A DNA stretch of 64,000 nt from an uncultured Acidobacteriaceae bacterium. Its GTDB lineage: Bacteria; Acidobacteriota; Terriglobia; Terriglobales; Acidobacteriaceae. A program made the position numbers and the translations under genes. Shown here one piece after another: positions 11,516-20,979 of this stretch. Position 1 is the stretch's first letter. Each line of letters starts with the position of its first letter. The notes below the pieces were generated by a model, which saw only the letters and a program-made list of their open reading frames with translations, searched no databases and was not told the origin of the DNA. The stretch covers positions 220,444 through 284,443 of the forward strand of contig CAWCOK010000011.1 in assembly GCA_963797135.1 (NCBI GenBank), in the 5' to 3' direction.

Positions 11516-11544
11516 AGAAGGAGCGCTGCGCGAGCGCTCCTTCT
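11516..11544 (-). terminator. Intergenic hairpin between the receptor and GH39 genes (partial terminator or mRNA stabiliser)
   Basis: 12-bp perfect stem AGAAGGAGCGCT/AGCGCTCCTTCT with a 5-nt loop; only a short pyrimidine tail. Confidence 0.55.
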
Positions 11545-11564
11545 AGAGGAAAGATCATTCAACC

Positions 11565-14500
11565 TTAGAAGCTGAAGCGGGCCTGGAATTCAATCGTGCG
11601 CGCTCCGAGGGCCTGGCTTGATTGTCCGAAGGTGTTGCTGGTGATCTGGGTATTGCCGTCGCCGGTGTTGAACGGAGTCAGATTTGTCTGGTTGAAGATG
11701 TTAAAGAACATGGCTCGGATGGTAAGGCCTGAGTTCTCGCCGAGGAACTTGTTGCTGGGGATGCCAAACCTCTTCTGGACATCCATGTCGGTATCAAAGT
11801 AGTTGGGCCCGTGGAGGCCGTTGCGGCCTACTCCGGGGGGCGGAGGAGCGCCGGTTGTGGGGTAGGTTGGAACGGTGAAGTACGCGAGGCCGCCGCGCGG
11901 GAACTGACCGCCGGTGCGCTTGAAGGTGTCGTTGCTGGTGTCGCCGGTGCCGCGAGCAATTTGTGCGCCGGGACGCAGCGTGCAGTATCCGCTTCCAACA
12001 TAGACGACGTTGCAGCCTGTGTTGGTGTAGACAGGAGTCCATGGGAAGCCGGTGTGGTATTGAATGATTCCGCTGAACTGGATTCCTCCGAATATACCTT
12101 CGAGGAGCCTATTGCCATGGAAGAGGATGGGTGAATAGGTGCCGAAGAGTTTTGCGTTGTGGGTGACATCGTAGTCAGCCCGACCATAAGCGTAGCGATT
12201 GTCGTAGGGGTATTGATCGATGTAGTAATCCTGCGATCCGCTGTCCATGATCCTGCCCCAGCGATATTGCGCGTTCATGGAGAAGCTGCGAGCGAAGGTG
12301 TGCCTGACCTCTGCGAGGAAGGCGTGAGAGCTGGCGCTGACGTCGTTGGAGTAATAGCTGAAGGAGTTTACTGCGGGATTGAGATTGGGATAGTAGATCC
12401 AGTTCAGGTTGTTCTGTCGCGTGTAATGGCGCGAGATGCTGCCCTGATAGCCGGCGCTGAGAATCCAGCGCTGCGTGAGAGCATATTCCACGCCCAGCGA
12501 CATTTTGTAGGTCAGTGGTGTAGGAAGATCCTGCTGGATTGCCTGGAGTCCGATGGGCGCGCCGCCAACCGGCAAGCCGTTGGGCCCGAATGGGACTTTT
12601 GCCGCTGGGTTAGAGGGATATCCGTTGAGATCGGTGGGACTGCCTGAAGCGGCATACAGAAGGCCCGGGCAGTTGGCCAAAGCGGTGTCGGTACATGCTG
12701 CGCTGAGACTTGTAACCAGCGGAGGATTTGAACGTCCATTGAGAGTGATGGCTTCCTGCATGCGGTTATAAGCGATGCCAAAGCCTCCGCGCACAACGGC
12801 GAGATGCGTCGATGCAGGATTGATTGCATAGGCGAAGCCAAGCTGTGGACCCCAGTTGTTCTTGCTGGTCTTGAAGAGATCGCCACCGGTTTTGATAGAT
12901 GCTCCGGTCAGAGTCTGTGTCCCGGTACCGAGGACGACGTTGCTGATGTTTCCATTCTTCTCGGTGATGGGCGTGAAGTACTCCCAACGCATGCCGAGAT
13001 TCACAGTTAGAAAAGCATTGACGCGCCAATCGTCCTGAACGTAGCCAGCATAGATGTTGGAGCGGATGTACTTCGTCGCAGAGGTTGGCGTACCTGTGCG
13101 CGGATCGAAAGACCCGTTTTCGAGGCGGGGCTTGTCGCTGGCAAATTCCCACAGGTTGCGGAAGGTGTAAGAGGGAATGGCGGCGTAGGTCTGGGTATCG
13201 TTGTCGAGCTCACGATAACCGTCGAAGCCGAAGCGAATGTTGTGCGAGCCCCATGTCTTCGTCAAGTTGTCGCGAACGTTATAGGTGGTTTGGGCAAAGT
13301 TGCCGGGACCGGGCGCGCCGAAGTACTGAAAGTCGTTGGTATCGATTCCGCCCATGGTATCGAGCTTGCCCTGAGGCAGACCGAATGGCTCTTGGGGATT
13401 GGTAGCTACTTCGTTGAAGTACCAGCGGACACCGTTGAGGCGAAATTCATTCAACAGCGATGGCGTAAAGATGTGGTTCCAAAGGGCGGCATGCGAGTAG
13501 GCCAGACGGGGCGAGTTCCAGAGATTCGCAGTGCGATTAGGGCCGTTGAAGAAAGTGCTGGAAGTCGGTACCCAATAAATTGTGTAGGCGATAAGGTCGC
13601 GAGGGTTGAGCTGCCAATCGAGCCGCCCGTTGAACTGCTGAGCGGTGTTGTTGCTCGGGCTGATGGTGTTTACGCGGAATAGATCCGGTACACCGTCGAA
13701 GCCTCCCCCGATGCCGGGTTGCGTGTTGCTCACATAGGTGGGGTCAGCTGTTCGCAGCGGTGTCTTGAGCGGTGATCCGACATCAAGCGCTGTGCCGCCG
13801 TTGTAGGACACAGTGCGGCAATAGGCCGGGCTTAGATTGACAAAGGCGCAGTTAGAGTTGGGATCGATGGCAGCATAGTTCACACTCTCGCCGGGGTATC
13901 CGGCGATTGCGGCCGAGACGCCGCCGTTCTTCGCAATCAGTTGGTCAAACGCCGGTGTTTCGTACCAGTGAGTCGCCTGCGACTGTCCGCTGTTGCGGAG
14001 CTCTTCATAGGAAAAGAAGAAAAAGATGCGGTTCTTCCAGATGGGCCCGCCGATGCTCCCGCCGAGCTGATTGAAGCGGTTGTTATCGCGCTGCAAGGTC
14101 TTTGTGTTGTCGGCGCTGGATCGCGAACCGGGGCCGTTGTACCTCTGATAGGCGTTGAGGCCGGGGCGGTGAAATTTAAAGAATGCGCTGCCATGAAAGT
14201 CGTTGGTGCCGTTTTTTGAAACGACGAGCACCTGGGCTCCGCTGTTGCGGCCGTAGGTTGCATCGTAGGGGCTAGTCTGGGTTTGAACTTCCTTTACCGA
14301 TTCTTCGTTGGGAGTGATGACTGCGCCACCGCCCCATGCGAGTGAGTTCACCTGACTGCCGTCGATCTGGAAGGAATTACCCGAGGTGCGGACACCGTTG
14401 GCCTGAGTCTGCGCGCGGTTTTCCACCTGGAACACGCTTCCGGTGGAAGAGCTTCCGCCGATGCCTCCGTTGCCGGGAAGCGAATAACTGCCGCCGCCGC

Positions 14501-15050
14501 CGCTTTGAGAGCCATCACCGAGTGCGCCGGGTGTGAGCCGCAGTAACTGATATGGATCGCGGTTTGAGGATGGAAGTGCTTGAAGATCCTTGCTGGTAAT
14601 GGTCCCTGCGATAGTTGCGTTGGCGGTGTTGATTGCGGGAGAGGTGTCGGTGACTGTGACCGTTTGTGATCCGCCCTCCGCGCCAAGCGTGACGTTTAGG
14701 CCCTGCATGGTTTCGCCGGAGACATTTACGTTGTCGATGATGCGCTTGGCGAAGCCCTGGGCCTCTACCGTAACCGTGTAACCCGCCGGAGCGAGGCGAT
14801 TGAAGGTATAGGTGCCAGCGCCGTCCGTCTTCACGGTTTGTGTTTGATTGGTCTCTTTGTCGAGAATCGTCACTGAGGCGTCGGGGATGACGGCCCCGCT
14901 CGAGTCGGTAACTGTGCCTTGGAGGCCGGCACGGTATTGCGCGCTGGCGGAACGCGCAGGAACGAGCGCGCACGCTAGAAGAACGACGAAGATAAATGGA
15001 CGGAAGAGCTGACTTGTAAAGGTTGGGTGGTAGATCTGCTGCGTCTTCAT
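11565..15050 (-). CDS. TonB-dependent outer-membrane receptor (Oar-like, N-terminal carboxypeptidase-regulatory-like domain)
   Basis: Signal peptide, GTVTDSSGAVIPDA, YTVTVEAQGF, SKNGTNDFHGS, YVQDDWRV..LTVNLGMRWEY, GPQLGFAY, C-terminal ARFSF. Start ATG 15050 after CAGGAG. Confidence 0.92.
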   Translation of the reverse strand: MKTQQIYHPTFTSQLFRPFIFVVLLACALVPARSASAQYRAGLQGTVTDSSGAVIPDASVTILDKETNQTQTVKTDGAGTYTFNRLAPAGYTVTVEAQGFAKRIIDNVNVSGETMQGLNVTLGAEGGSQTVTVTDTSPAINTANATIAGTITSKDLQALPSSNRDPYQLLRLTPGALGDGSQSGGGGSYSLPGNGGIGGSSSTGSVFQVENRAQTQANGVRTSGNSFQIDGSQVNSLAWGGGAVITPNEESVKEVQTQTSPYDATYGRNSGAQVLVVSKNGTNDFHGSAFFKFHRPGLNAYQRYNGPGSRSSADNTKTLQRDNNRFNQLGGSIGGPIWKNRIFFFFSYEELRNSGQSQATHWYETPAFDQLIAKNGGVSAAIAGYPGESVNYAAIDPNSNCAFVNLSPAYCRTVSYNGGTALDVGSPLKTPLRTADPTYVSNTQPGIGGGFDGVPDLFRVNTISPSNNTAQQFNGRLDWQLNPRDLIAYTIYWVPTSSTFFNGPNRTANLWNSPRLAYSHAALWNHIFTPSLLNEFRLNGVRWYFNEVATNPQEPFGLPQGKLDTMGGIDTNDFQYFGAPGPGNFAQTTYNVRDNLTKTWGSHNIRFGFDGYRELDNDTQTYAAIPSYTFRNLWEFASDKPRLENGSFDPRTGTPTSATKYIRSNIYAGYVQDDWRVNAFLTVNLGMRWEYFTPITEKNGNISNVVLGTGTQTLTGASIKTGGDLFKTSKNNWGPQLGFAYAINPASTHLAVVRGGFGIAYNRMQEAITLNGRSNPPLVTSLSAACTDTALANCPGLLYAASGSPTDLNGYPSNPAAKVPFGPNGLPVGGAPIGLQAIQQDLPTPLTYKMSLGVEYALTQRWILSAGYQGSISRHYTRQNNLNWIYYPNLNPAVNSFSYYSNDVSASSHAFLAEVRHTFARSFSMNAQYRWGRIMDSGSQDYYIDQYPYDNRYAYGRADYDVTHNAKLFGTYSPILFHGNRLLEGIFGGIQFSGIIQYHTGFPWTPVYTNTGCNVVYVGSGYCTLRPGAQIARGTGDTSNDTFKRTGGQFPRGGLAYFTVPTYPTTGAPPPPGVGRNGLHGPNYFDTDMDVQKRFGIPSNKFLGENSGLTIRAMFFNIFNQTNLTPFNTGDGNTQITSNTFGQSSQALGARTIEFQARFSF

Positions 15051-15459
15051 CACGGGCTCCTGAAAGCGGAGCGGCCTACGTTCACGACCGGAACTCCGGG
15101 TTGGTCTATGTCGGGTCAGAGCAACGTTTCTTTGGAACGTCTGCTGACTCACAAGGTGGCCGCTGTTGCAAAGCGGCTCATCGCCAAACCTGAGAGAACC
15201 TGATCAACTACCCGAAATCAAACAACGATTACAACTCGGCCTCCGCGACCTCGAGGTCTGCGGACGTAAACGGTATGGATTCTTCACATACAGAGATGCA
15301 GAAAATCAACTTAGCGGTGAGGATGTCCGGCGGAAGATTTTTTCGCGATCGCGTAAGTTGTAGAAAATATTGGTTTCGTTCTGCTGTACGCTGTTCGTGA
15401 GCGGGCGGTGAGGTGGGGTTTCGTGTCCGGCTATCCAAAATGGTGCGAGGTGCGGTTGA

Positions 15460-17163
15460 ATGCGGGAAGTTTACGGAGAAGACCCGGCGGTATTTTGTGC
15501 GGTTACAAGGAGGAGGACGAGGGGACGCCGAGCCGCGGTACTGGTTGCGCTGATGTTGTGTGTGCTGCCGGTGATGTATGCGCAAGAACAGACTTCACGT
15601 GCCATAGATCGCGACCTGATGGAGGTGTCGGTTGAAGGACTGCATCATCTGTATGCGCAGCATCGTTACACCGTGACGCAGGTGACCCAGTGGTACCTCG
15701 ACCGCATCGCGCGCTACGACGGGACGTATCGGGCGTTGCTCTATGTCGATACAAAGGGAGCGCTCGCACGGGCTGCGGAGGAGGATGGGTCGCCTGCGTC
15801 AGCCGAGCACGGCGCCTTGTGGGGAGTTCCAATCGTTATTAAGGCGAACACGAGCGTGAAGGGCTGGGTAACGAGCGCGGGGTGGAAGGGCTACACGATT
15901 CCGGGCAAGGAGCTGATCTCGCCCCGCGATGCCCTTGTTGTGGAGCGGCTTCGTGCAGCGGGAGCGATTCTGTTGGGGCAGACGAACATGCCGGACTTCG
16001 CGGCGAGCGATACCAATATCAGCACAGCAGGAGGCAGGACTGGCGACGCCTATGACGTGCGCTTCTCTCCGGGAGGTTCGTCAGGCGGAACTGCGACTGC
16101 TGTAGCAGCGAACTTTGCTGTACTGGGCACGGGAACGGACACGGCAAACTCGATCCGGCAGCCAGCGGCAAACAACAGCCTGGTGGGTATGCTGCCTACC
16201 CGCGGGCTTACGAGCATTGCGGGAATTCATCCGCTCGATTGGCTGCGAGACAACACGGGTCCGCTTGCGCGTGATGCAACCAGCGCGTCGATTGCGCTTG
16301 AGGTGATGCAGGGGGAAGACCCGCTGGATGCGTGGACGAAGGGCTCGGCTGCGAAGGCAGAGAAGACTCCGTACACGAAGTATCTGAAGAAGGACGCGCT
16401 GAAAGGGAAGCGATTTGCCGTGCCGTGGTTTGTGCTTGAGGGATCGCCGAATGTTTACGGCAACGGGCCGGATGCTCCACCGCTGGCCGGGGGCGTTGTG
16501 CCGGAGACGCGTGCTGCATTAATGAAGGCGATCGAGCAGATGCGTGCAGCGGGAGCGACGGTGATCATCGACAAGGAGATTCTGCCGGAGAGCTTCTTCA
16601 TCACAGCGCGCAAGATGAATACGCGTCCTTATCGGCGGGAGGGCGTTGATCTCTTTCTGCGCGACTTTGGGCCGGCGCAATATCACTCGGTGGCGGAGTA
16701 TGAGGCGGCGACTGGAGAGACGTTCCCTGCCTTCATGGTCGGCGGCATTCGTCCCGGTAGAGACAGCGGAAGTGCTATGGAACAACAAAAGATCGAGACC
16801 GATCCCGAGCGCGAGAAGAACTTCTACGGTCCGCAACGTGAGGCTTTAGCGATCTATGAGGCGACGCTAAAGAAGTGGAAGCTTGACGGCTTTGTTTATC
16901 CGGCACTACAGATTCCAACGTATGACGAGACGTTACCCGGCGCTTCGAAGGCGGGTCCTTACAGCGAGACTGGGTGGGTCAATCGCATCGGTGTTCCGGC
17001 TATCTCTGTTCCGGGTGGGTTTTATGCAAACGGGCTTCCGTTTGGACTTGAGATATCCGGTGTGCGCTGGCATGACGGGGATTTGCTGGGCTACGGGTAC
17101 GCGTACGAGCAGGCGACGCACAATCGTCGGTTGCCAAAGCTGGTGGAAGGTAGGCGGCAATAA
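15460..17163 (+). CDS. Amidase-signature family hydrolase, probably secreted
   Basis: LWGVPIVIK, GQTNMPDFA, SPGGSSGG, GTDTANSIRQPA, GVPAISVPGG..NGLPFGL. Confidence 0.9.
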   Translation: MREVYGEDPAVFCAVTRRRTRGRRAAVLVALMLCVLPVMYAQEQTSRAIDRDLMEVSVEGLHHLYAQHRYTVTQVTQWYLDRIARYDGTYRALLYVDTKGALARAAEEDGSPASAEHGALWGVPIVIKANTSVKGWVTSAGWKGYTIPGKELISPRDALVVERLRAAGAILLGQTNMPDFAASDTNISTAGGRTGDAYDVRFSPGGSSGGTATAVAANFAVLGTGTDTANSIRQPAANNSLVGMLPTRGLTSIAGIHPLDWLRDNTGPLARDATSASIALEVMQGEDPLDAWTKGSAAKAEKTPYTKYLKKDALKGKRFAVPWFVLEGSPNVYGNGPDAPPLAGGVVPETRAALMKAIEQMRAAGATVIIDKEILPESFFITARKMNTRPYRREGVDLFLRDFGPAQYHSVAEYEAATGETFPAFMVGGIRPGRDSGSAMEQQKIETDPEREKNFYGPQREALAIYEATLKKWKLDGFVYPALQIPTYDETLPGASKAGPYSETGWVNRIGVPAISVPGGFYANGLPFGLEISGVRWHDGDLLGYGYAYEQATHNRRLPKLVEGRRQ

Positions 17164-17201
17164 CAGTGCGGCGAGAGGTGCGATGAGTTGCGTGCTGGCG
17201 A

Positions 17202-18738
17202 TTAGTGCTTCAGCGCCTTGCCTGCGAGGGTTGTTGTTAGGCTTCCTTCGTCGATTGCCAGACGACCATTGACGGCGAGATAACGCACTCCGGTGGCGAG
17301 TACGCGCGGCGACTCATACGTGGCTTGCTCCTGAAATGCCTTTGGGTCGAAGACAAGGACGTCTGCGAAGTAGCCCGGCTTGAGCAGACCGCGATCCTTG
17401 AGACCGAGCGTTTCAGCGGGGAGAGAGGTGCTGGAACGAACAGCTGCTTCGAGTGAGATGACGTGTCTCTGGTAGACGTAGTCGTGAATCTTGCGCGGAT
17501 AGGTGCCGTACTTGCGCGGATGTCCTTCGGAGCCGTCCGAGCAGGTCATCACCCATGGCTGACGCATGAAGGCTTCAATGTCCTTCTCTTTCATATTGAA
17601 TGAGGCGACAGCGGAGCCTCCGGACTTGATGATTTCAATCGCCGCATCGACAGGTGATTGATTTCGTTCTTTCGCGATTGCGGCGAGTGTCTTGCCGGTG
17701 ATGCTCTTGTCGCGAGGAGCGGTCATCAGAAGTGAGTCGGCTCCGCCTCGGCGCACGAGGTTCTGATTCATCTCGTTCACGAGTCGCGTATGCACCGCAG
17801 GATCGTCGAGATTCTTGAGCAGCGCTCCATCGGCCTCGGCCCAGCGGGGTACCAGCGCTGCCGTAACACTTGTTCCCGATGCGGTGTAGGGATATTGACT
17901 TGCGACGACGTTGACTCCCTCGCGTCGCGCATCATCGACTACTTTGATCACGTCAGCGCTTTGGCCCCAGACGTCGGCGCCCAGCGCCTTGATGTGCGAG
18001 ATCATGACGGTCATGTGTGCCTCGCGGCCGATGCGAATGGTCTCGCGCACAGAGCCGAGCAGGCCGATTGTGTACGAGCTCTCGTCACGCATGTGCGTGT
18101 CGTAGATGCCGTCGATACTGCGCGGCTACCTTCGCCAGCTCGATTACTTCCTCCGTGCTGGAGTAGCTGCCGGGGGCGTAGTAGAGCCCGGTTGAGATGC
18201 CGATCGCGCCCTGCTGCATCGCGACTTCGACAAGATGTTTCATCTGGGCGAGTTGTTCGTCGGTCGGCTTGGCGTCAGACATCTTCATGACTTCGCCGCG
18301 AACCGTGCCCTGGCCGATGAACAGCGCTCCGTTCGTCCCGATGCCCTGGCGCTCCCACTTTGCGAGTGTTGCGCCGATCTCTTTCGGGCTGTCGCCGTCG
18401 TTTCCGGTGGCCACTGTTGTCACACCTTGCATGAGGTAGGCATCATTACGGCTGCGCTTCGGGTCAGAGAGGTCTCCTGCAGTGTGGGTGTGCGGGTCGA
18501 TGAATCCCGGAGCAACGACCAGTCCGGTGGCGTCGATCACGCGCGTGGCTTGCTTGCCGGTGCTGGAGCCGATGAAGACGACGCGATCGCCTGCGATGCC
18601 GATGTCAGCTTTTTGCGCGGGAGAGCCCGAGCCGTCGACTACCGAGCCACCACGAATGATAAGGTCGAGCTTCTGTGCCGTGGCAAGGCATGACGAACTC
18701 AGCAGGAGCGCGGCCACCATCGTTTGAATCGGTCTCAA
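17202..18738 (-). CDS. N-acyl-D-amino-acid deacylase-like amidohydrolase, secreted; frameshift near 18110
   Basis: DLIIRGGSVVDGSG, APGFIDPHTH, GISTGLYY, HMRDE, SHIKA, SDG..GHPRKYGTYPR, RGLLKPGYFADV. TTG start overlaps the upstream TGA after AAGGAG. Confidence 0.88.
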
Positions 18739-20852
18739 TGTTTTTTCTCCTTGGTAGCGGCGGGCGGTGATGACATCAGGTGACGTTGAAAAAAATCTGC
18801 TTCTGCGGTGTAGGCCGCGAGCCACGAGCGATGCAGAAGGAAGCCGTGTATCTCGTCGGGGAAGACCAGCTCTTCGTATTGGATCCCGTGCTTGCTGAGT
18901 TCGCGCGATAGGGATACGGTTTGCGAGAACGGAACGTTGCGGTCGTCATCGCCCTGGATCAGAAGTACGGGTGAGCGCCACGTCGACATGTAGGCCATGG
19001 GCGAGGACTCCCACGAAGTCTTGAGCGTGCGCGCATCTGCTTCAGGATCGTGCGAGGGTCGCCAGCTTGCGGGACGCTGCCACTGGTGGACGCCGTGCAT
19101 ATCGACCCCGGCGGCAAAGATGTCGGAGTTGCGCGCCAAGGCGAGTGCGGTCATGAAGCCGCCGTAGCTGCCTCCCCACACACCAATGCGAGCAGGATCG
19201 ACATCGGCCCGGTGCTGCAGATAGTGGCCGGTTCCCAAGATGTCGAAGTACTCGCTCGCTCCGTCGCGGCCATAGTGCTCAGCTTCGCGGAAGTCGAGGC
19301 CATAGCCGATACCGCTGCGATAGTTGACGGACAACACGATGTAGCCCTGACTCACGAGATACTGATTCATCGCGTAGGCATTTGAGTAGTACTGCATGGT
19401 GTGAAAGCCCAGCATCATCTGCCGCCGTGAACCGCCATGAAAGAAGACGAGCGCGGGATGCCGTTTGCCGTCGTGGATATTTGCAGGAAGGAATAGCTGT
19501 CCGTGGATCTGCAGGCCGTCGGATGCAGGAAAGATGACCTGCTCAGGTGCGACGAACTTCGCTCCGGGATATGTAGATGGGACAAGCTGCGGCGTGAGAT
19601 CCGCGAGCGCGCCTTGAGGATTTAGCAATGCAGGCCTGAGCGGGGTATGAACGTCCGAGCGCAGCAAGATAATGCCGGCTCCTGTATCAACGGGCGAAAC
19701 CTCGATTCCTGCGCCGCTCGTCAGCGCCTTCGGCTTGCCTCCCGAGGTGGCAACGCTCCAGACGTGGCGGCGATCGATGTCGTCCTGGTTTGAAGCGTAG
19801 ATGATGCTCTTTCCATCTGTCGTAAGACGCGCGTCATCGACTTCGAAGTCGCCCGGCGTCAGCAACTCTGCCTTGCCGCCGGTCACCGGTATTGAATAGA
19901 GATGCGACCAGCCATCGGCCTCCCATGGAAAGACGAGACGGCCATCGGCGCTCCACAATAACTCCGTTCCGTGAACCTCGCGAAAGGCGCTACCGCGTCC
20001 TGCCGTTGCCGTCCATACGGCGTGGCCGGTGCCTGTCGCAGCATCGGCGACCTCGATCGACCAGGGGATCGCGGTTCGGCGGTTGTATGTAGCCCCCTCG
20101 GGCAGACCGGGCTCTCGAATGAAAGCGACCTGTCGGCTGTCGGGAGACCATGCGGGCTGGCTGTCGCTCGCGGTGCCGGGGTCGAGGTAGAGCAGTGTCT
20201 TTGTGGCGATATCGTAGATGCCGATGAAGCCGTGATCGCCGCGATCGCTGGCGAAGGCGAGCGCATGTCCATCGGGAGCCCACGCGAGTGAGCTGATGTC
20301 GCCGCGCGCGTGAAACATGAGCTTAGCCTTTGCAGCGTCAGGCGCGAGGCCTACAGCCCATACCTGTCCGTGCGATAGAAAGGCAGCCTGATCGCCTTTG
20401 GGAGAGACGGCAGGAGAGTGTCCCTCGCCGATCTTGCGTGGTTCGCCACCAGCGGCTGGAATAAGGTAGATGTTCTGCGAGACACCTTCCGCGGCATGTG
20501 TGGGGTTCGGATCGGGTCTGCCGGGCCACTCTGAGTCGCCACCGCGCACGTAGAGGACCTGCTGCGCGTCTGGCGTCCATGCGATGTCGTACATCTCCTG
20601 GCCGTCATCGTCGTTGTAAGCGGTCAGTTGAGTAGCCGCGAATTTACCCGCTCCGTCTGGTTTTGCCACCCACAGGTTGCGTCTTCCCTGCAGGCTTTCC
20701 ATCCACGCCACTCTGTTGGATACCGGGCTCGGCACAAGGTCTGTGGCGAAAGGAGCGCTCAGCGCCTGCTCAAGAGTAAAGTTCTGGCCACGGGCGGATT
20801 GCACCAGCAGACACGCGAATGCTGTTCCAAGAACAGCAGTACTCAACTTCAT
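18735..20852 (-). CDS. S9 prolyl oligopeptidase / dipeptidyl-peptidase family, secreted
   Basis: PD40-like propeller repeats (WTPD, VSPKG, WAPDG, WSPDS), GVWGGSYGG nucleophile, QGDDDRNV, FPDEIHGF. Confidence 0.93.
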   Translation of the reverse strand: MKLSTAVLGTAFACLLVQSARGQNFTLEQALSAPFATDLVPSPVSNRVAWMESLQGRRNLWVAKPDGAGKFAATQLTAYNDDDGQEMYDIAWTPDAQQVLYVRGGDSEWPGRPDPNPTHAAEGVSQNIYLIPAAGGEPRKIGEGHSPAVSPKGDQAAFLSHGQVWAVGLAPDAAKAKLMFHARGDISSLAWAPDGHALAFASDRGDHGFIGIYDIATKTLLYLDPGTASDSQPAWSPDSRQVAFIREPGLPEGATYNRRTAIPWSIEVADAATGTGHAVWTATAGRGSAFREVHGTELLWSADGRLVFPWEADGWSHLYSIPVTGGKAELLTPGDFEVDDARLTTDGKSIIYASNQDDIDRRHVWSVATSGGKPKALTSGAGIEVSPVDTGAGIILLRSDVHTPLRPALLNPQGALADLTPQLVPSTYPGAKFVAPEQVIFPASDGLQIHGQLFLPANIHDGKRHPALVFFHGGSRRQMMLGFHTMQYYSNAYAMNQYLVSQGYIVLSVNYRSGIGYGLDFREAEHYGRDGASEYFDILGTGHYLQHRADVDPARIGVWGGSYGGFMTALALARNSDIFAAGVDMHGVHQWQRPASWRPSHDPEADARTLKTSWESSPMAYMSTWRSPVLLIQGDDDRNVPFSQTVSLSRELSKHGIQYEELVFPDEIHGFLLHRSWLAAYTAEADFFQRHLMSSPPAATKEKKH

Positions 20853-20979
20853 GGAAGACCTCGAAGGGGCTGCAGATTTCGGCCTCGGCGTGCAGGCGGC
20901 AGCGAATCTTTATGGAGAAAGGGTACTCGATTGAGCGCTTCTCTTCATCTCTTTATGAGGCCAAGTGGCTGAGATGCCG

